DNA from: Spirochaetia bacterium
GTDB taxonomy: Bacteria > Spirochaetota > Spirochaetia > UBA9216
NCBI GenBank assembly: GCA_965140585.1
Contig: OZ223270.1
Location: 608,001-672,000, forward strand
Length of the DNA stretch: 64,000 nt
Direction: 5' to 3'
Position 1 is the stretch's first letter; each line of letters opens with the position of its first letter. Of the stretch, positions 11,745-22,348 are shown piece after piece. A program made the position numbers and the translations under genes. The notes below the pieces were generated by a model. The model did not search any database. It had not been told where the DNA came from and was given only the letters and a program-made list of their open reading frames with translations.

Positions 11745-11774
11745 AAGATAACAAACCGGCGGTCGGTATGTCAA
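11745..11774 (-). promoter_or_regulatory. Sigma70 promoter with palindromic TetR operator in the spacer
   Basis: Minus-strand TTGACA (11774-11769), N18, TATCTT (11750-11745); dyad ACAaACCG-N5-CGGTaTGT at 11751-11771. Confidence 0.7.
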
Positions 11775-11971
11775 GTGAATTGAAGAGAAAGAGTTGAAAA
11801 GTGTTAGGCAAAAAATACTTCTATGTATTTGAGTATGAAACGAAAGAGCCCAGGGACATTTGGTTTTGTTCATTGGCAAAACAGGCTCGGTGTTTGCTCT
11901 ATCAAGTGCCGATATCGTATTGTCTTATGGTAAACAGAAAAGCCGTAACTGCGTAATATCGTTTGATGAGA

Positions 11972-12322
11972 TTAATAAAGCAATTCCGGGTCATATTTTT
12001 CCATCCACATTTTCTTCAGGAGTTCAAGATCTTCCTTGAATTCAATAGGTTTTTGAGTTTCATTCTTTTTTATAACCTCCACAATTTGCAGCTCAAATGC
12101 ATCGCTTCCAAATAAGACCCAGTCAGCATTCATTTTAGGGTGGAAGCAGCTGTCAAATTGTTTTCCGCTTTCAAATCTGTTTTTAATAGCAGCAACATCA
12201 GCAGTTGCTCCCAAATATATCTTTCCATTTTCTGTATTCTTTATTACAAAAATGCCGCCAGTTTGTGTCCGAGCCTGCTCTTTATAATCATTAATAAGTT
12301 TCTTTTTCATTTCTTTGTTCAT
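11972..12322 (-). CDS. Small GIY-YIG superfamily protein
   Basis: GGIFVIKNTENGKIYLG motif; DW..FG..AFE..IVE. Confidence 0.8.
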   Translation of the reverse strand: MNKEMKKKLINDYKEQARTQTGGIFVIKNTENGKIYLGATADVAAIKNRFESGKQFDSCFHPKMNADWVLFGSDAFELQIVEVIKKNETQKPIEFKEDLELLKKMWMEKYDPELLY

Positions 12323-12326
12323 CTGA

Positions 12327-12806
12327 TTAATACCCCATTTCCTTCAGTAAAGCCGACAGACGATGTAATCTTTCGCTCAGAAGCTCATCGTTTTTGTTCA
12401 TTGCATCTCGCAAGAGGAAGATGTCCTCGTCAAGCATTGGATTATCCATACAGATTGACACATCCAGCGCGCCTCCCTGCAAAGCAACGCGATCAACCGT
12501 TGTTTTATTCTCATCGTACAGTTTCGGGTATTTATAGGCCTCTTGAAAATAGGCTTTTGATTTGCATACAAGAATAGCGAGATCAAGCACGCGGTGTAGC
12601 GGCATCTCTTCTGATTGTCTTGACCATTTCTCTCCTGTATACCGCCAAATTTTGGCCGACACATCGACCTTGCCACGGTCATTCCACTGTGCGAGTCCCA
12701 CAGACAAACCCTTTGCATCCGAATTACCGGCACATCGACCGTCGATTTTATCATAATCCTCCGACACAATAACCGGTTTGTGCTTGAGTGTTGTAGGAAT
12801 TTTCAT
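12327..12806 (-). CDS. Conserved hypothetical protein (DUF6530-like)
   Basis: MKIPTTLKHKPVI...SDAKGLSVGLAQWN...WSRQSEEMPLHRVLDLAI, recalled from a Firmicutes family; not searched. Confidence 0.7.
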   Translation of the reverse strand: MKIPTTLKHKPVIVSEDYDKIDGRCAGNSDAKGLSVGLAQWNDRGKVDVSAKIWRYTGEKWSRQSEEMPLHRVLDLAILVCKSKAYFQEAYKYPKLYDENKTTVDRVALQGGALDVSICMDNPMLDEDIFLLRDAMNKNDELLSERLHRLSALLKEMGY

Positions 12807-12826
12807 CTTTTATCTCCGAAAAAATA

Positions 12827-12889
12827 TTAGTAAGTTAGTAAATTAGTAAATACGAATGAAGTTTAACTCTGTTTATCATTAAATGTCAA
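12827..12889 (-). promoter_or_regulatory. Promoter with triple TTAGTAA direct repeat
   Basis: TTGACA (12889-12884), N18, TAAACT; TTAGTAA at 12827, 12835 and 12843 (period 8). Confidence 0.55.
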
Positions 12890-12987
12890 GATGTGTGTTA
12901 TAGCTTTATATGGTTTCAGGTTGATGGAATTGAAACAACCTAAAAATTAGTAAGGTGGATAATGTTTCACCCCGTGTTCAGTTTTTC

Positions 12988-13037
12988 TTGACAAATTTAA
13001 TACTATGTATTATATATAAACCATACAGTCTAGACTG
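12988..13037 (+). promoter_or_regulatory. Sigma70 promoter and palindromic operator
   Basis: TTGACA, N17, TATATA; perfect palindrome CAGTCTAGACTG at 13026-13037; TetR gene in the same operon. Confidence 0.6.
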
Positions 13038-13058
13038 GAAGGTCTAAAGGGGGCTTTC

Positions 13059-13637
13059 ATGACACGAAAATCAACAGATATAATTCTGGGTGCATTTACT
13101 CTTTTACTGACAATGCTTTTCATAATCATCACACTAAAAAATGATTCATTTTTTGAATGGGTTTTTAATCGTCATCATAACCAGCTAAGCTGGTATATAC
13201 GTCCATTGTTTCTGATTCCGTTCTGCTTCTTTTCTTATAAAAGGAGTTTTACCGGAATAGGTATTACAATATTGGCACTATTTACCAGCATGTTCTGGTT
13301 TCCTGCTCCTGAAGCAGTTTCTGAGAAGGTAAATGAATTTCTTGCTATGGAAATGAGCTATCTTCATGGGTCCTGGAATTTAACCAGAATTATTTTTACA
13401 TTAACAATTCCTGTTACATTTTTTCTTTTAGGTTATGCACTCTGGAAAAGAGAATTAAAAGCAGGACTTTTTGTCGTTGTACTTATGGCATTTCTAAAAA
13501 TTGTCTGGAGCATAATGGAGGGCGGAGAATCCGGAACATCAATTCTTGTTCCTGCAATATTAGGATTAGTTATTTGTCTTGTATTAATTTATATCGGGTT
13601 TAAGATTCTTGAAAAGCGTAATAAAAACAAGGCTTAA
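13059..13637 (+). CDS. Hypothetical integral membrane protein
   Basis: About 6 TMs; RHHNQLSWYIRPLF motif. Confidence 0.75.
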   Translation: MTRKSTDIILGAFTLLLTMLFIIITLKNDSFFEWVFNRHHNQLSWYIRPLFLIPFCFFSYKRSFTGIGITILALFTSMFWFPAPEAVSEKVNEFLAMEMSYLHGSWNLTRIIFTLTIPVTFFLLGYALWKRELKAGLFVVVLMAFLKIVWSIMEGGESGTSILVPAILGLVICLVLIYIGFKILEKRNKNKA

Positions 13638-13654
13638 AGGAAGGAGTCGATACT

Positions 13655-14533
13655 ATGGAAAAGAAAATATGTATTATAACCGGAGCAAATGCGGGAATAG
13701 GTAAACAGGCGGCAATGCAGATTGCCGGAAAGGGCTATCATGTGATACTTGCATGCCGCAATAAATCAAGGGGTGAAGAAGCTCTGGATGAAATTAAAAA
13801 GGCCTTGCCTGCTGCGTCGCTTGAATTAATGATTGTCGATCTCAGATTAAGGGAATCGGTAATCAGATTTGCAGAAAAATATAGCAGTGAATATGATCAT
13901 TTAGATGTACTTATACACAATGCTGCCGTTTTTAACGTAACACAGAAGACGAGGGAACTTACGGCAGAAGGCGTTGAAACAATTTGGGCGACAAATCATC
14001 TGGGTCCTGTTCTCCTTACTGAATTATTGAAAGATAAGCTGGAAAAAAGTGATAACGGGAGAGTCATTACAATCTCATCCAAGGGGCTGTTGGCCAAACC
14101 GCTGTTGAAAGTGGATCTGAATGATGCGGAGTTTAAGTCGAAAAAGTTTAATGTTGTAAATGCTTATTATCAATCCAAGATTGCACAGATCATGTATACC
14201 TACTGGCTGGCGGATAAGCTAAAGGATACCGGTATAACGGTAAATTGTATTCGTGTAACAGCGGTTAAGGTTGATATTTCGAGGCATCCTGATCTTTCAG
14301 CTTTTATGAAATGGGTATATTCAATGAAAGCCCGGAAAGCATTAAGCCCTGAAGTGATGGCGGAAACATACACTGACCTGGCTACCTCTCCGAAATACAG
14401 AAAAGCAACAGGAAAATACTATGATGAAAACAGTCTTGAGGTGGATTCCCCAAAATATTGCAGGAAAATGGAAAATATCAAGGCTGTGATGAAGCTTACA
14501 AATCATTATGTAACTGAACTGGAAGAAATATAG
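13655..14533 (+). CDS. SDR oxidoreductase (retinol-dehydrogenase/WWOX-like)
   Basis: ITGANAGIG, HNAAV, TNHLG, YYQSK. Confidence 0.9.
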   Translation: MEKKICIITGANAGIGKQAAMQIAGKGYHVILACRNKSRGEEALDEIKKALPAASLELMIVDLRLRESVIRFAEKYSSEYDHLDVLIHNAAVFNVTQKTRELTAEGVETIWATNHLGPVLLTELLKDKLEKSDNGRVITISSKGLLAKPLLKVDLNDAEFKSKKFNVVNAYYQSKIAQIMYTYWLADKLKDTGITVNCIRVTAVKVDISRHPDLSAFMKWVYSMKARKALSPEVMAETYTDLATSPKYRKATGKYYDENSLEVDSPKYCRKMENIKAVMKLTNHYVTELEEI

Positions 14534-15157
14534 ATGAGCAGACGTGAAATTAATGAAGAACAGCTATTTGATGAAGCGCTAAATGAATTTACAAAATACA
14601 GTTTTGACGAAGCTTCAATAAACAGAATAATAGCAAATGCAGGAATAGCAAAAGGATCCTTTTATTATAGATTTTCAAATAAATATGAACTTTATTTGTA
14701 TTTATTAAAGGAAGCAAATAAAAAGAAATGGGAGTTTATAAAAGCTGATACAAGAAATGAGGAAGAAAGTATCGGGAGTGATATCTTTGCACTCTTTCTC
14801 AAACAAGCCGAGAGCGGCATGCGTTATGCAACAGCACACCCGAAGTTTCATAAACTGAGTAAAATGTTCTCTGCTGAGAAGGGTTCTGCAATTTATAAAC
14901 AGGTTCTTCATGATCTGAAAATGGATGAAGAATCCGGTTTAAGCCAAATTATTGAAGGCTCATATAAGTCCGGAAACTTCAAGGATGAATATTCCTTTGA
15001 GTTTATAGATAAGCTTGTCACGTCATTATTCTATTCGTTCGATGATATTCTTTTTAAAAATGAGGAGTTTGAGCTTGAAAAGGCAATGTCGTTTCTGAAA
15101 GAGTTTATAAACTTTTTAAAATATGGTTTAAAAAATGAGAATCAGGATACTCAATAA
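14534..15157 (+). CDS. TetR/AcrR-family regulator
   Basis: ASINRIIANAGIAKGSFYYRFSNK HTH. Confidence 0.92.
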   Translation: MSRREINEEQLFDEALNEFTKYSFDEASINRIIANAGIAKGSFYYRFSNKYELYLYLLKEANKKKWEFIKADTRNEEESIGSDIFALFLKQAESGMRYATAHPKFHKLSKMFSAEKGSAIYKQVLHDLKMDEESGLSQIIEGSYKSGNFKDEYSFEFIDKLVTSLFYSFDDILFKNEEFELEKAMSFLKEFINFLKYGLKNENQDTQ

Positions 15158-15176
15158 CAGCATCAAAGGATATTTT

Positions 15177-16754
15177 ATGAACAAAAAAATAAAAGATAAT
15201 TTTGTACGCTTTATTCCTGTATTTTTGTTTGTTGCCCTACTTGTTTTAACCGGTTGCGCAACAACTGTAGATCAGGTTAAGGATGATGAGCAACAGAAAG
15301 AAGTGCTTGGCTCTATGGTTTCAACAGAATATGGTCAGTTGTTAGGACAGGATGATGATGAAAATACATGGAGCTGGAAGGGCATCCCTTTTGCAAAGCC
15401 ACCTGTCGGTGAACTGCGCTGGAAAGCCCCGGAGGATCCGGAACCATGGTCAGGTATAAAAGATGCTTCTGAGTTCAGCAATATTGGTGTTCAATATGAC
15501 GGTAATCTTGCCGAAGGACAGAAGGTTATCGGTTCAGAAGATTGCCTCTATTTGAATATCTGGCGGCCCAGAAGCCAGGAGCGGGATCTGCCGGTATATT
15601 TCTGGATCCACGGCGGCGGTAACACCATAGGTTCTGCACGAGACAATGAGGGAATGAGTATTGCAGGACGGGGAAATATGATTGTAGTCACAGTCCAGTA
15701 TCGTCTAGGTCCTTTCGGCTGGTTTACTCATCCTGATATGAGGACCGGCGGCAATGAGCTTGATAATTCAGGCAATTACGGCACCCTGGATATTATAAAG
15801 GCTCTTGAATGGGTACAGAAGAATATTTCTGCTTTCGGCGGCGATCCTGATAATGTAACGGTTGCAGGTGAATCTGCAGGAGGGCTGAATGTATTCACGA
15901 TGATCATTTCACCGCTTTCGCGGGGGCTGTTTAATAAAGCCATGATTCAAAGCGGAGACTTCTGGACAACTACGATGGCTGACGCCGATAAAGACGGTAC
16001 AAAAGTTCTCGAGACGATGCTTAAAGCCGATGAGCTCTCAGAAGTACCGGGAAATGATGTAGCCTCGTATCTAAGAAGTAAAAGCGCAGAAGAAATTATG
16101 AGCATCTACACACCGGGAGCGGCGGGCCTTATTGACCAGCGGCTGGGTGCCTACCTGGATGGAAGGGTCCTTCCTGAATCGGGTATAGCTGTTCTCTCTG
16201 ATCCTTCGGGTTACAATCAGGTGCCCATGATTATCGGAGCTAACAAGGATGAGAGAAAACTCTTTAACTTTTTCTTCTTCACTGAAGAAAATGCCGAAGC
16301 CTATCAGGCCGAGATGGAAACACTGTCTGCTGAATGGATTCGAAACGGAGTGGATCGACCGGTGTCTATGATGAGCGAAAATGCAGGGCAACCGCCGATT
16401 TACGTCTACCAGTTCAATTACGGAAGTTACGATAAGGGAGGTTATAATCCATGGCCGACAGAACAACTTGCTATACAATTCGGCTCATGCCACGCTTTGG
16501 ATATGCCGTTTTTCTGGAATGATTTTCCCTATGCTCCGTATTTCGCGCCTCTTTTTCGAGAAGATAACGCCGCCGGTTATAAGGACTTGAGTGACGCCAT
16601 GATGAGCTATGTTGCTCAATTTGTACACAACGGAGACCCCGGTTCTGTAAATGGTCAGGTCTGGCAAGCCTGGAATACCAAAGCCGGATCTTCTAGGCGT
16701 ATTCTGTTTAATGCAGACTCGGATACGGCCAAAATTGAAATGAATAATGAATAA
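15177..16754 (+). CDS. Type-B carboxylesterase lipoprotein
   Basis: Lipobox LTGC; GIPFAKPP, SEDCLYLNIW, HGGG, GESAGG, H in SCHALD. Confidence 0.93.
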   Translation: MNKKIKDNFVRFIPVFLFVALLVLTGCATTVDQVKDDEQQKEVLGSMVSTEYGQLLGQDDDENTWSWKGIPFAKPPVGELRWKAPEDPEPWSGIKDASEFSNIGVQYDGNLAEGQKVIGSEDCLYLNIWRPRSQERDLPVYFWIHGGGNTIGSARDNEGMSIAGRGNMIVVTVQYRLGPFGWFTHPDMRTGGNELDNSGNYGTLDIIKALEWVQKNISAFGGDPDNVTVAGESAGGLNVFTMIISPLSRGLFNKAMIQSGDFWTTTMADADKDGTKVLETMLKADELSEVPGNDVASYLRSKSAEEIMSIYTPGAAGLIDQRLGAYLDGRVLPESGIAVLSDPSGYNQVPMIIGANKDERKLFNFFFFTEENAEAYQAEMETLSAEWIRNGVDRPVSMMSENAGQPPIYVYQFNYGSYDKGGYNPWPTEQLAIQFGSCHALDMPFFWNDFPYAPYFAPLFREDNAAGYKDLSDAMMSYVAQFVHNGDPGSVNGQVWQAWNTKAGSSRRILFNADSDTAKIEMNNE

Positions 16755-16780
16755 AAATACTTTAATATGGAGGGCTTTTC

Positions 16781-17269
16781 ATGAATAAAAAGATAATAAA
16801 AACAATCCCATTATTTCTAATCATCATTATTCTTACCGGATGTATGTCGACACCTCATGCCTATAAGGGCGAAAAATTACAGGAAGATGAGCTGGCATTA
16901 TTATGGGGGGCCGGTGTAGGCGGGATACTGACTGTAACTGGAGTCAATGAGCGTGATGTAGACCCGTTTTTCGGTGGAGCAGTAACAGCATATGTCAAAC
17001 CGGGTATCAATAAGGTGAGGTTCTTTTATACTTCAACAGATTATTCAACCAATATAAAGACTGATGTTGATTGGGAAGTCAGCTTCAATTGTGAAAAAAA
17101 TCACACTTATATTTTTTATCCTTACTCCGAGGATGACAATGAATATTTTCTAATAGGACGTGATATGGGAACAGATTATGAATTTGATGAAAATAAACCC
17201 ATGGGTTTTGTTCAGATTGAAGCTGAACAAAAAGGCAAGCCAGTAGAATTATTTGATAATGAGAAATAA
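16781..17269 (+). CDS. Hypothetical lipoprotein
   Basis: RBS GGAGG; lipobox LTGC. Confidence 0.7.
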   Translation: MNKKIIKTIPLFLIIIILTGCMSTPHAYKGEKLQEDELALLWGAGVGGILTVTGVNERDVDPFFGGAVTAYVKPGINKVRFFYTSTDYSTNIKTDVDWEVSFNCEKNHTYIFYPYSEDDNEYFLIGRDMGTDYEFDENKPMGFVQIEAEQKGKPVELFDNEK

Positions 17270-17290
17270 TTGCTCATGCTGATGATGTCG

Positions 17291-17357
17291 GAATCAGGTT
17301 CAATAAGAGCTTCGGGAATTAAAACCTGAAAGGCAATATTTTTATTGAACCTGGTTC
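17291..17357. terminator. Long inverted repeat between convergent genes
   Basis: GAATCAGGTTCAATAA / TTATTGAACCTGGTTC (15/16 complementary) enclosing a second small stem. Confidence 0.5.
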
Positions 17358-17501
17358 CTGGACAGAGGAAGCTCTCGACGATCCAATTGACCTCCGGTTA
17401 CAGATGCTCTGCCAGGTGTTTTGTGTTATAGTATTTAACAAGCCGGATAATTTTTCAGGTTCGTTCTTTTTCGATTTTTTTAAATATTTTAATAGCGGGA
17501 C

Positions 17502-19658
17502 TTAAATTTCAAACTGTATAATGCTGCTTGTCCCGTTATCGTTATTAATCGTAAAAGTTCCATTGAGTTGCTCCGCCAGCATTTTTACAATGGTAAGCCC
17601 GAACCCGGATGTACTATTGATTTCATCACTCGTCTCTATACCAATCCCATTATCTTTTATAGTAAGCATAATAGTATTTTTAAATTTTTTAAGATCAATA
17701 ATTACAGTTCCCCCATCCTTCCTGTTGAATGCATACTTAAATACATTTGTCATCAGTTCGTTAATAATGATGCCGACAAGAATAGCTTTTTTAGAACTAA
17801 TGATGAAATCCATTATATTTCTTGTAATAGTAATATTCTTGACTTCAGGGAAAACTAGAACAAGTACATCAATCAGACTTTCAATATAGCTTTTGATGGA
17901 AACTTCCTGATAATCATTACTAATCAATAACTTTTCATAGAGGATACGGGTACTTTGAATACGTAGAATGGATTTTTGTAAAGCAGACTTAACTTCATCA
18001 TTGGCAGCTGAATTTGCCTGCAAGGACAAAAGACCTTCTATTGTGGCAAAATTATTCTTTATACGGTGGTGAACTTCTGTAATCAGGGTTTCCTTTTCTA
18101 AAAGCTGTTGCCTAATTTCTTCTTCATTCTTCTTGCGTTCGGTGATGTCGAAACAATGTCCCATATATCCGATAAACTCGCCGTGGCTGTTGAAATTCGG
18201 TGTCCCCAAATCAAGAATAATTCTGTATTGACCGCTTGTATGGTGTAATCTGTATTCCATTTCGAAAGGTTCGCGTTTATCAAATGCGGCCACGTATGTT
18301 TCTAAACATCGGTCAAAATCATCCGGATGAACCCCTTCTGTCCAACCGTTACCCAGTTCCTGTTCCATCGTGCGGCCTGTAAATTCTAGCCACGGTTTGT
18401 TAAAATAGTTGCAAAGTTTATCGGTTCCAGATCTCCAGATTAGAGTTAATCCTGCATTAGCCATGTTTCTAAATTGCAATTCGCTTTCTTTAAGCTTATT
18501 TTCCAATCGCTTACGTTCACTAATATCTTCAAATACTGTTGCAAATTTACCTTTTTCAGGAGAAAAAATAGATATTAGAAAATGTTTCTCCATCGGCGGA
18601 AAATACACTTCAAATTGATCAATCTTTCCTGTTTCAGCGACCTTTGCATAAGTCTCCAAATATGGAGCCTCATCGGTCTGATAAACCTCTGTAGCTAATT
18701 TTCCAATAACATCTTTCTTTTTTAAGCGAAGAATTTGCTCATATCTATGATTTACATCCAGTATCTTATAATTTATTGCTTTGAGGGAATTGTCATAAAC
18801 TATTTCATGCAGACATACACCGTCAATCATAGATTCAAAGAGTAAGCGGTGTTGTTTTTCACTTCTTTGTAAATCTTCTCTAATTTTGTACTCTTCTGAT
18901 ACATCCCTGAATACCAATACCACTCCGATGGTTAAACCATTGAGATTTATTATTGGAGCAGCTGAGTCAGCTATTTGATATTCTTTCTTATCTCTGGCAA
19001 TGAGGACGGTATGATTGGCAAGCCCGATAATTTGACCGGTTTCCAATACTTTTCCAACTGGATTATCAATTGATTTACGGGTTTCTGCATTAATAATATT
19101 GAACACCTTTTTTAGAGGCATGCCAAATGCAGCTTCAAGATCCCATCCTGTTAACTTTTCTGCCACAGGATTCATATTAGAAACCATCCCTTTGGTATCT
19201 GTGGTAATAACTGCATCTCCTATGGAATTGAGAGTAATGACTAATTGTTGCCTATGTTTTTCAGTAATATTGTTAGCTTCAAAAAGCTTGAAAGCCATTT
19301 TTATGGAAGCATCAAGTACAGTAATAGAGGAGCTTTTTACGACATACCCGTAGGAAGTGATTCTTTCGGTCTTTTCAACAATCTCCGGTTCCATGTGACT
19401 CGATAGAAATACAATAGGTATGTTTTGATTCTTTAGAATTAATTCCGCGGCTTCTATTCCATCGATTCCTTTGCCTAAATCTATATCCATCAAGATAAGT
19501 TTTATTTCTGTGTTCTCTTTAGATAGTTCGATTGCGTTTTCTCCGGTGTTTGCATGAACTACCTTATAACCATACTCTTCAAGCTCTTGCTGTTGAGCCA
19601 TTGCTACTAAAAATTCATCCTCAACAAGGAGCAATGTCTTTTTATTGTCATGTTTCAT
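17502..19658 (-). CDS. Cytoplasmic hybrid kinase REC-PAS-PAS-PAS-HisKA_2-HATPase
   Basis: LLVEDE...LMDIDLG REC; three PAS/PAC repeats; EVHHRIKNNF; NELMTN; DNGIG. Confidence 0.92.
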   Translation of the reverse strand: MKHDNKKTLLLVEDEFLVAMAQQQELEEYGYKVVHANTGENAIELSKENTEIKLILMDIDLGKGIDGIEAAELILKNQNIPIVFLSSHMEPEIVEKTERITSYGYVVKSSSITVLDASIKMAFKLFEANNITEKHRQQLVITLNSIGDAVITTDTKGMVSNMNPVAEKLTGWDLEAAFGMPLKKVFNIINAETRKSIDNPVGKVLETGQIIGLANHTVLIARDKKEYQIADSAAPIINLNGLTIGVVLVFRDVSEEYKIREDLQRSEKQHRLLFESMIDGVCLHEIVYDNSLKAINYKILDVNHRYEQILRLKKKDVIGKLATEVYQTDEAPYLETYAKVAETGKIDQFEVYFPPMEKHFLISIFSPEKGKFATVFEDISERKRLENKLKESELQFRNMANAGLTLIWRSGTDKLCNYFNKPWLEFTGRTMEQELGNGWTEGVHPDDFDRCLETYVAAFDKREPFEMEYRLHHTSGQYRIILDLGTPNFNSHGEFIGYMGHCFDITERKKNEEEIRQQLLEKETLITEVHHRIKNNFATIEGLLSLQANSAANDEVKSALQKSILRIQSTRILYEKLLISNDYQEVSIKSYIESLIDVLVLVFPEVKNITITRNIMDFIISSKKAILVGIIINELMTNVFKYAFNRKDGGTVIIDLKKFKNTIMLTIKDNGIGIETSDEINSTSGFGLTIVKMLAEQLNGTFTINNDNGTSSIIQFEI

Positions 19659-19810
19659 TATTAACTACCTATTGTATTCTCTGTGATAACCATAAATCTT
19701 AATGATAACAATTTCTCAATACATGTCAAATATTATAATAATTATTTCATGAGAGTCCGCGTCCTCCAAAAATCTCCTGATAGATAGTTCTCGCGAGTTA
19801 GTTTTTTACA

Positions 19811-22348
19811 TCAAACATTAAAAGTTATTATAGTTTTTAATCCAGTCTCATTCTCCATTGTAAAACTACCGTTTAATTGTTGAACGAGCATTTTTATAAG
19901 CATTAGACCAAATCCTTTTGCTTTATCAATGTCAAAGCCCTCAGGAAGTCCGTTTCCGTTATCTTTGACAGTAAGAACAACATTTCCTGAATGCTCTTTA
20001 AGTACCACCTCAATTAAACCAAAATCTTTATTAGTAAATGAATATTTCATTATGTTAGTCAGAAGTTCGTTTACTATAAATCCAACAGGAATAAGTTGTT
20101 TTGAGTCGAGCATGAAATCATCAATCGATTTTTCAGTTCTAATATCAATATCTTTCGTGAAAAATTGTGCTAAATCATCAATTAAATTATCCAGATAAGT
20201 TTTACTTGATGCAGTTTTATAATTACCGGTAAGCAACATTTTTTCATACATTACCTTCATACTGTTTACTCTTACTACTGCATCATTCAAGGCAGAAATG
20301 GCTTCCGGGTTTGTTAAAGATTTGGATTGCAAAGATAATAGACTGGAAATACTGGCAAAATTATTTTTTATACGGTGATGAATCTCTTTGAGAATGAACT
20401 CTTTCTCTTCCAATTGGAGTTTTATTTTATTCCCCATAATTTTTCTATCGGTAATATCCTGTGTGAATCCAATTGCCCTGACCGGGTTGTCTGCTTCATC
20501 AAATTCAATCTCTGCTTTTTCCCGTACCCACTTCACGGTACCGTTAGATATAATGCGATGTTCGATATCATATGGTTCCTTCTCCAATCCTGCAATCCAC
20601 ATTTTATTAACAGACTCTAAGTCCTCAGGGTAGATATAATCCAGAAATATATCATAATTTATTTTTGTACCTATCGGGACACCAAAGATTTTATAATTTT
20701 CTTCTGTCCAGAATAAAATGTTATTTTTTATGTCCAGTTCCCAGGTTCCAATTTTTCCCAGTTCCTGCGCTTTGGAAAGATAGTATTGATTTTTTAATAA
20801 ATTTGATTCTGCCTTCGCGCGATCTGCAAGCAACCTTGATTGTTTTATGGTACTGAAACTTAATGTTGAAATGATCTTTGCGAGCTTGGAGTAAAATTGC
20901 ATGCCTACCTTTATCATATCTTTGCTGAATCGTGGTACCCGTTTGAGTGCAGCAAGATATTCTTCCTCGTCGAAACCATATTTCCGGGCATTTTTGCGGA
21001 AAAACGTTATATCCGGCACCTCTTCCTCGAGGAAATACTGACCCATAAAAATATTACCCACATGCCTTCCTCCAATTATAAGGGGGGTCACTGTGTCCCA
21101 CATATTATTTTTACAGTGGTAAGATTTAAATGTTCCTTCCGGCACTCCTTGGGTGAGGATGGTATCACTTTCTATGCAATTTTTTCGTGTTTCAGGATTG
21201 CATCTGTGGAATTTCGTGCATATATCTTGCTAGCCAACGGCAATTAAAATTTTTCCGGATATATCTAGTACAGCCCCTAACATACCGGTTAGATTATAAA
21301 AATCTTCCATTAAACTCTGCAAAGCTTCAGTGTTAATTATGTCGGAGAGCTCAAGTGAATCAATCTCTCCATCTGTTTCTGTTAAAGCTTTAAGCTTGTT
21401 CTTTATAGTAGCTTCACTTTTTTTCAGCCTTTTTTCAGCAAGCTTTTGCTTGGTTATATCAGCGAAGTTGACAACAATCTTTTCAAGTTTATTGTCAACA
21501 TTGAATAAAGGTTTAGCATTAACATTTAACCATGTAATGTCCTTTCTATCTGGACAGATTACTCCTGCTACATAATTCATTAACGGCTTTTGTGATGAAA
21601 TTACTCTATTTACCGGGTAGTCCTCGAGCTTCATTGGAGTTGAATCTTCATAAATAAATTTCCATGCCGGGTCGGTTGCATTTTTACCAATTAATTGCTC
21701 TACTGTTAAACCGAGTAATTTAGAGGCTTCTGGATTGCTTAGTATAATATTCGAATCAATGTCATGTACTATTACCCCAACAAGAAGACCTTCCACTGTA
21801 GACTTGTATTCTTTTTCCGATTTTTGCAAATTAGCTTCTGTACATATAAGTGCATCATTTGTTACATTCAGTTTGCTATTGATTTCTTCAAGTTTATCTA
21901 CAGTTACTCTTAAATCTTCATTAACTCGTTCAATTTGCATATTTCTTTTGTTTATTTCTATATGGGCGTTAAACAATTTAAAAGCCATCTTTATTGAAGC
22001 ATCTATAACCGTTATACTTGAGCTTTTTACAACATATCCGTAGGAAGTTATTTTTTCAGTCTTCTCAACTATTTCCCGTTCCATATGGCTAGATAGAAAT
22101 ATAATAGGTAGATCTTGACTATTAAGGATTATCTTAGCAGCTTCAGTACCGTCTATTCCGGCCCCTAAGTCTATATCCATCAGGATTAGATCAATATCTC
22201 TATTCTCTTTAGATTGAGCAACAGCTTTTTTACCCGTATCAACTGTTAGAACAGTATAACCATATTTTTCCAGCTCCATTTTTTTTGCCATTGCGATTAA
22301 AGCTTCGTCTTCAACAAGCAGTAATATTTTTTTATTACTATCATCCAA
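19811..22348 (-). pseudogene. REC-PAS-PocR-PAS-HisKA_2 kinase interrupted by one in-frame TAG
   Basis: The two track ORFs are in frame. Read-through gives ILIAVG*QDICTKFHRCNPETRKNCIESD, with TAG (21232-21230) in place of the Trp of the PocR GWQDIC..FHR motif. Confidence 0.85.

Noticed and set aside
12827-12849. CRISPR or iteron array
   Set aside because: Only three 7-bp units with no spacers; no cas or rep genes.
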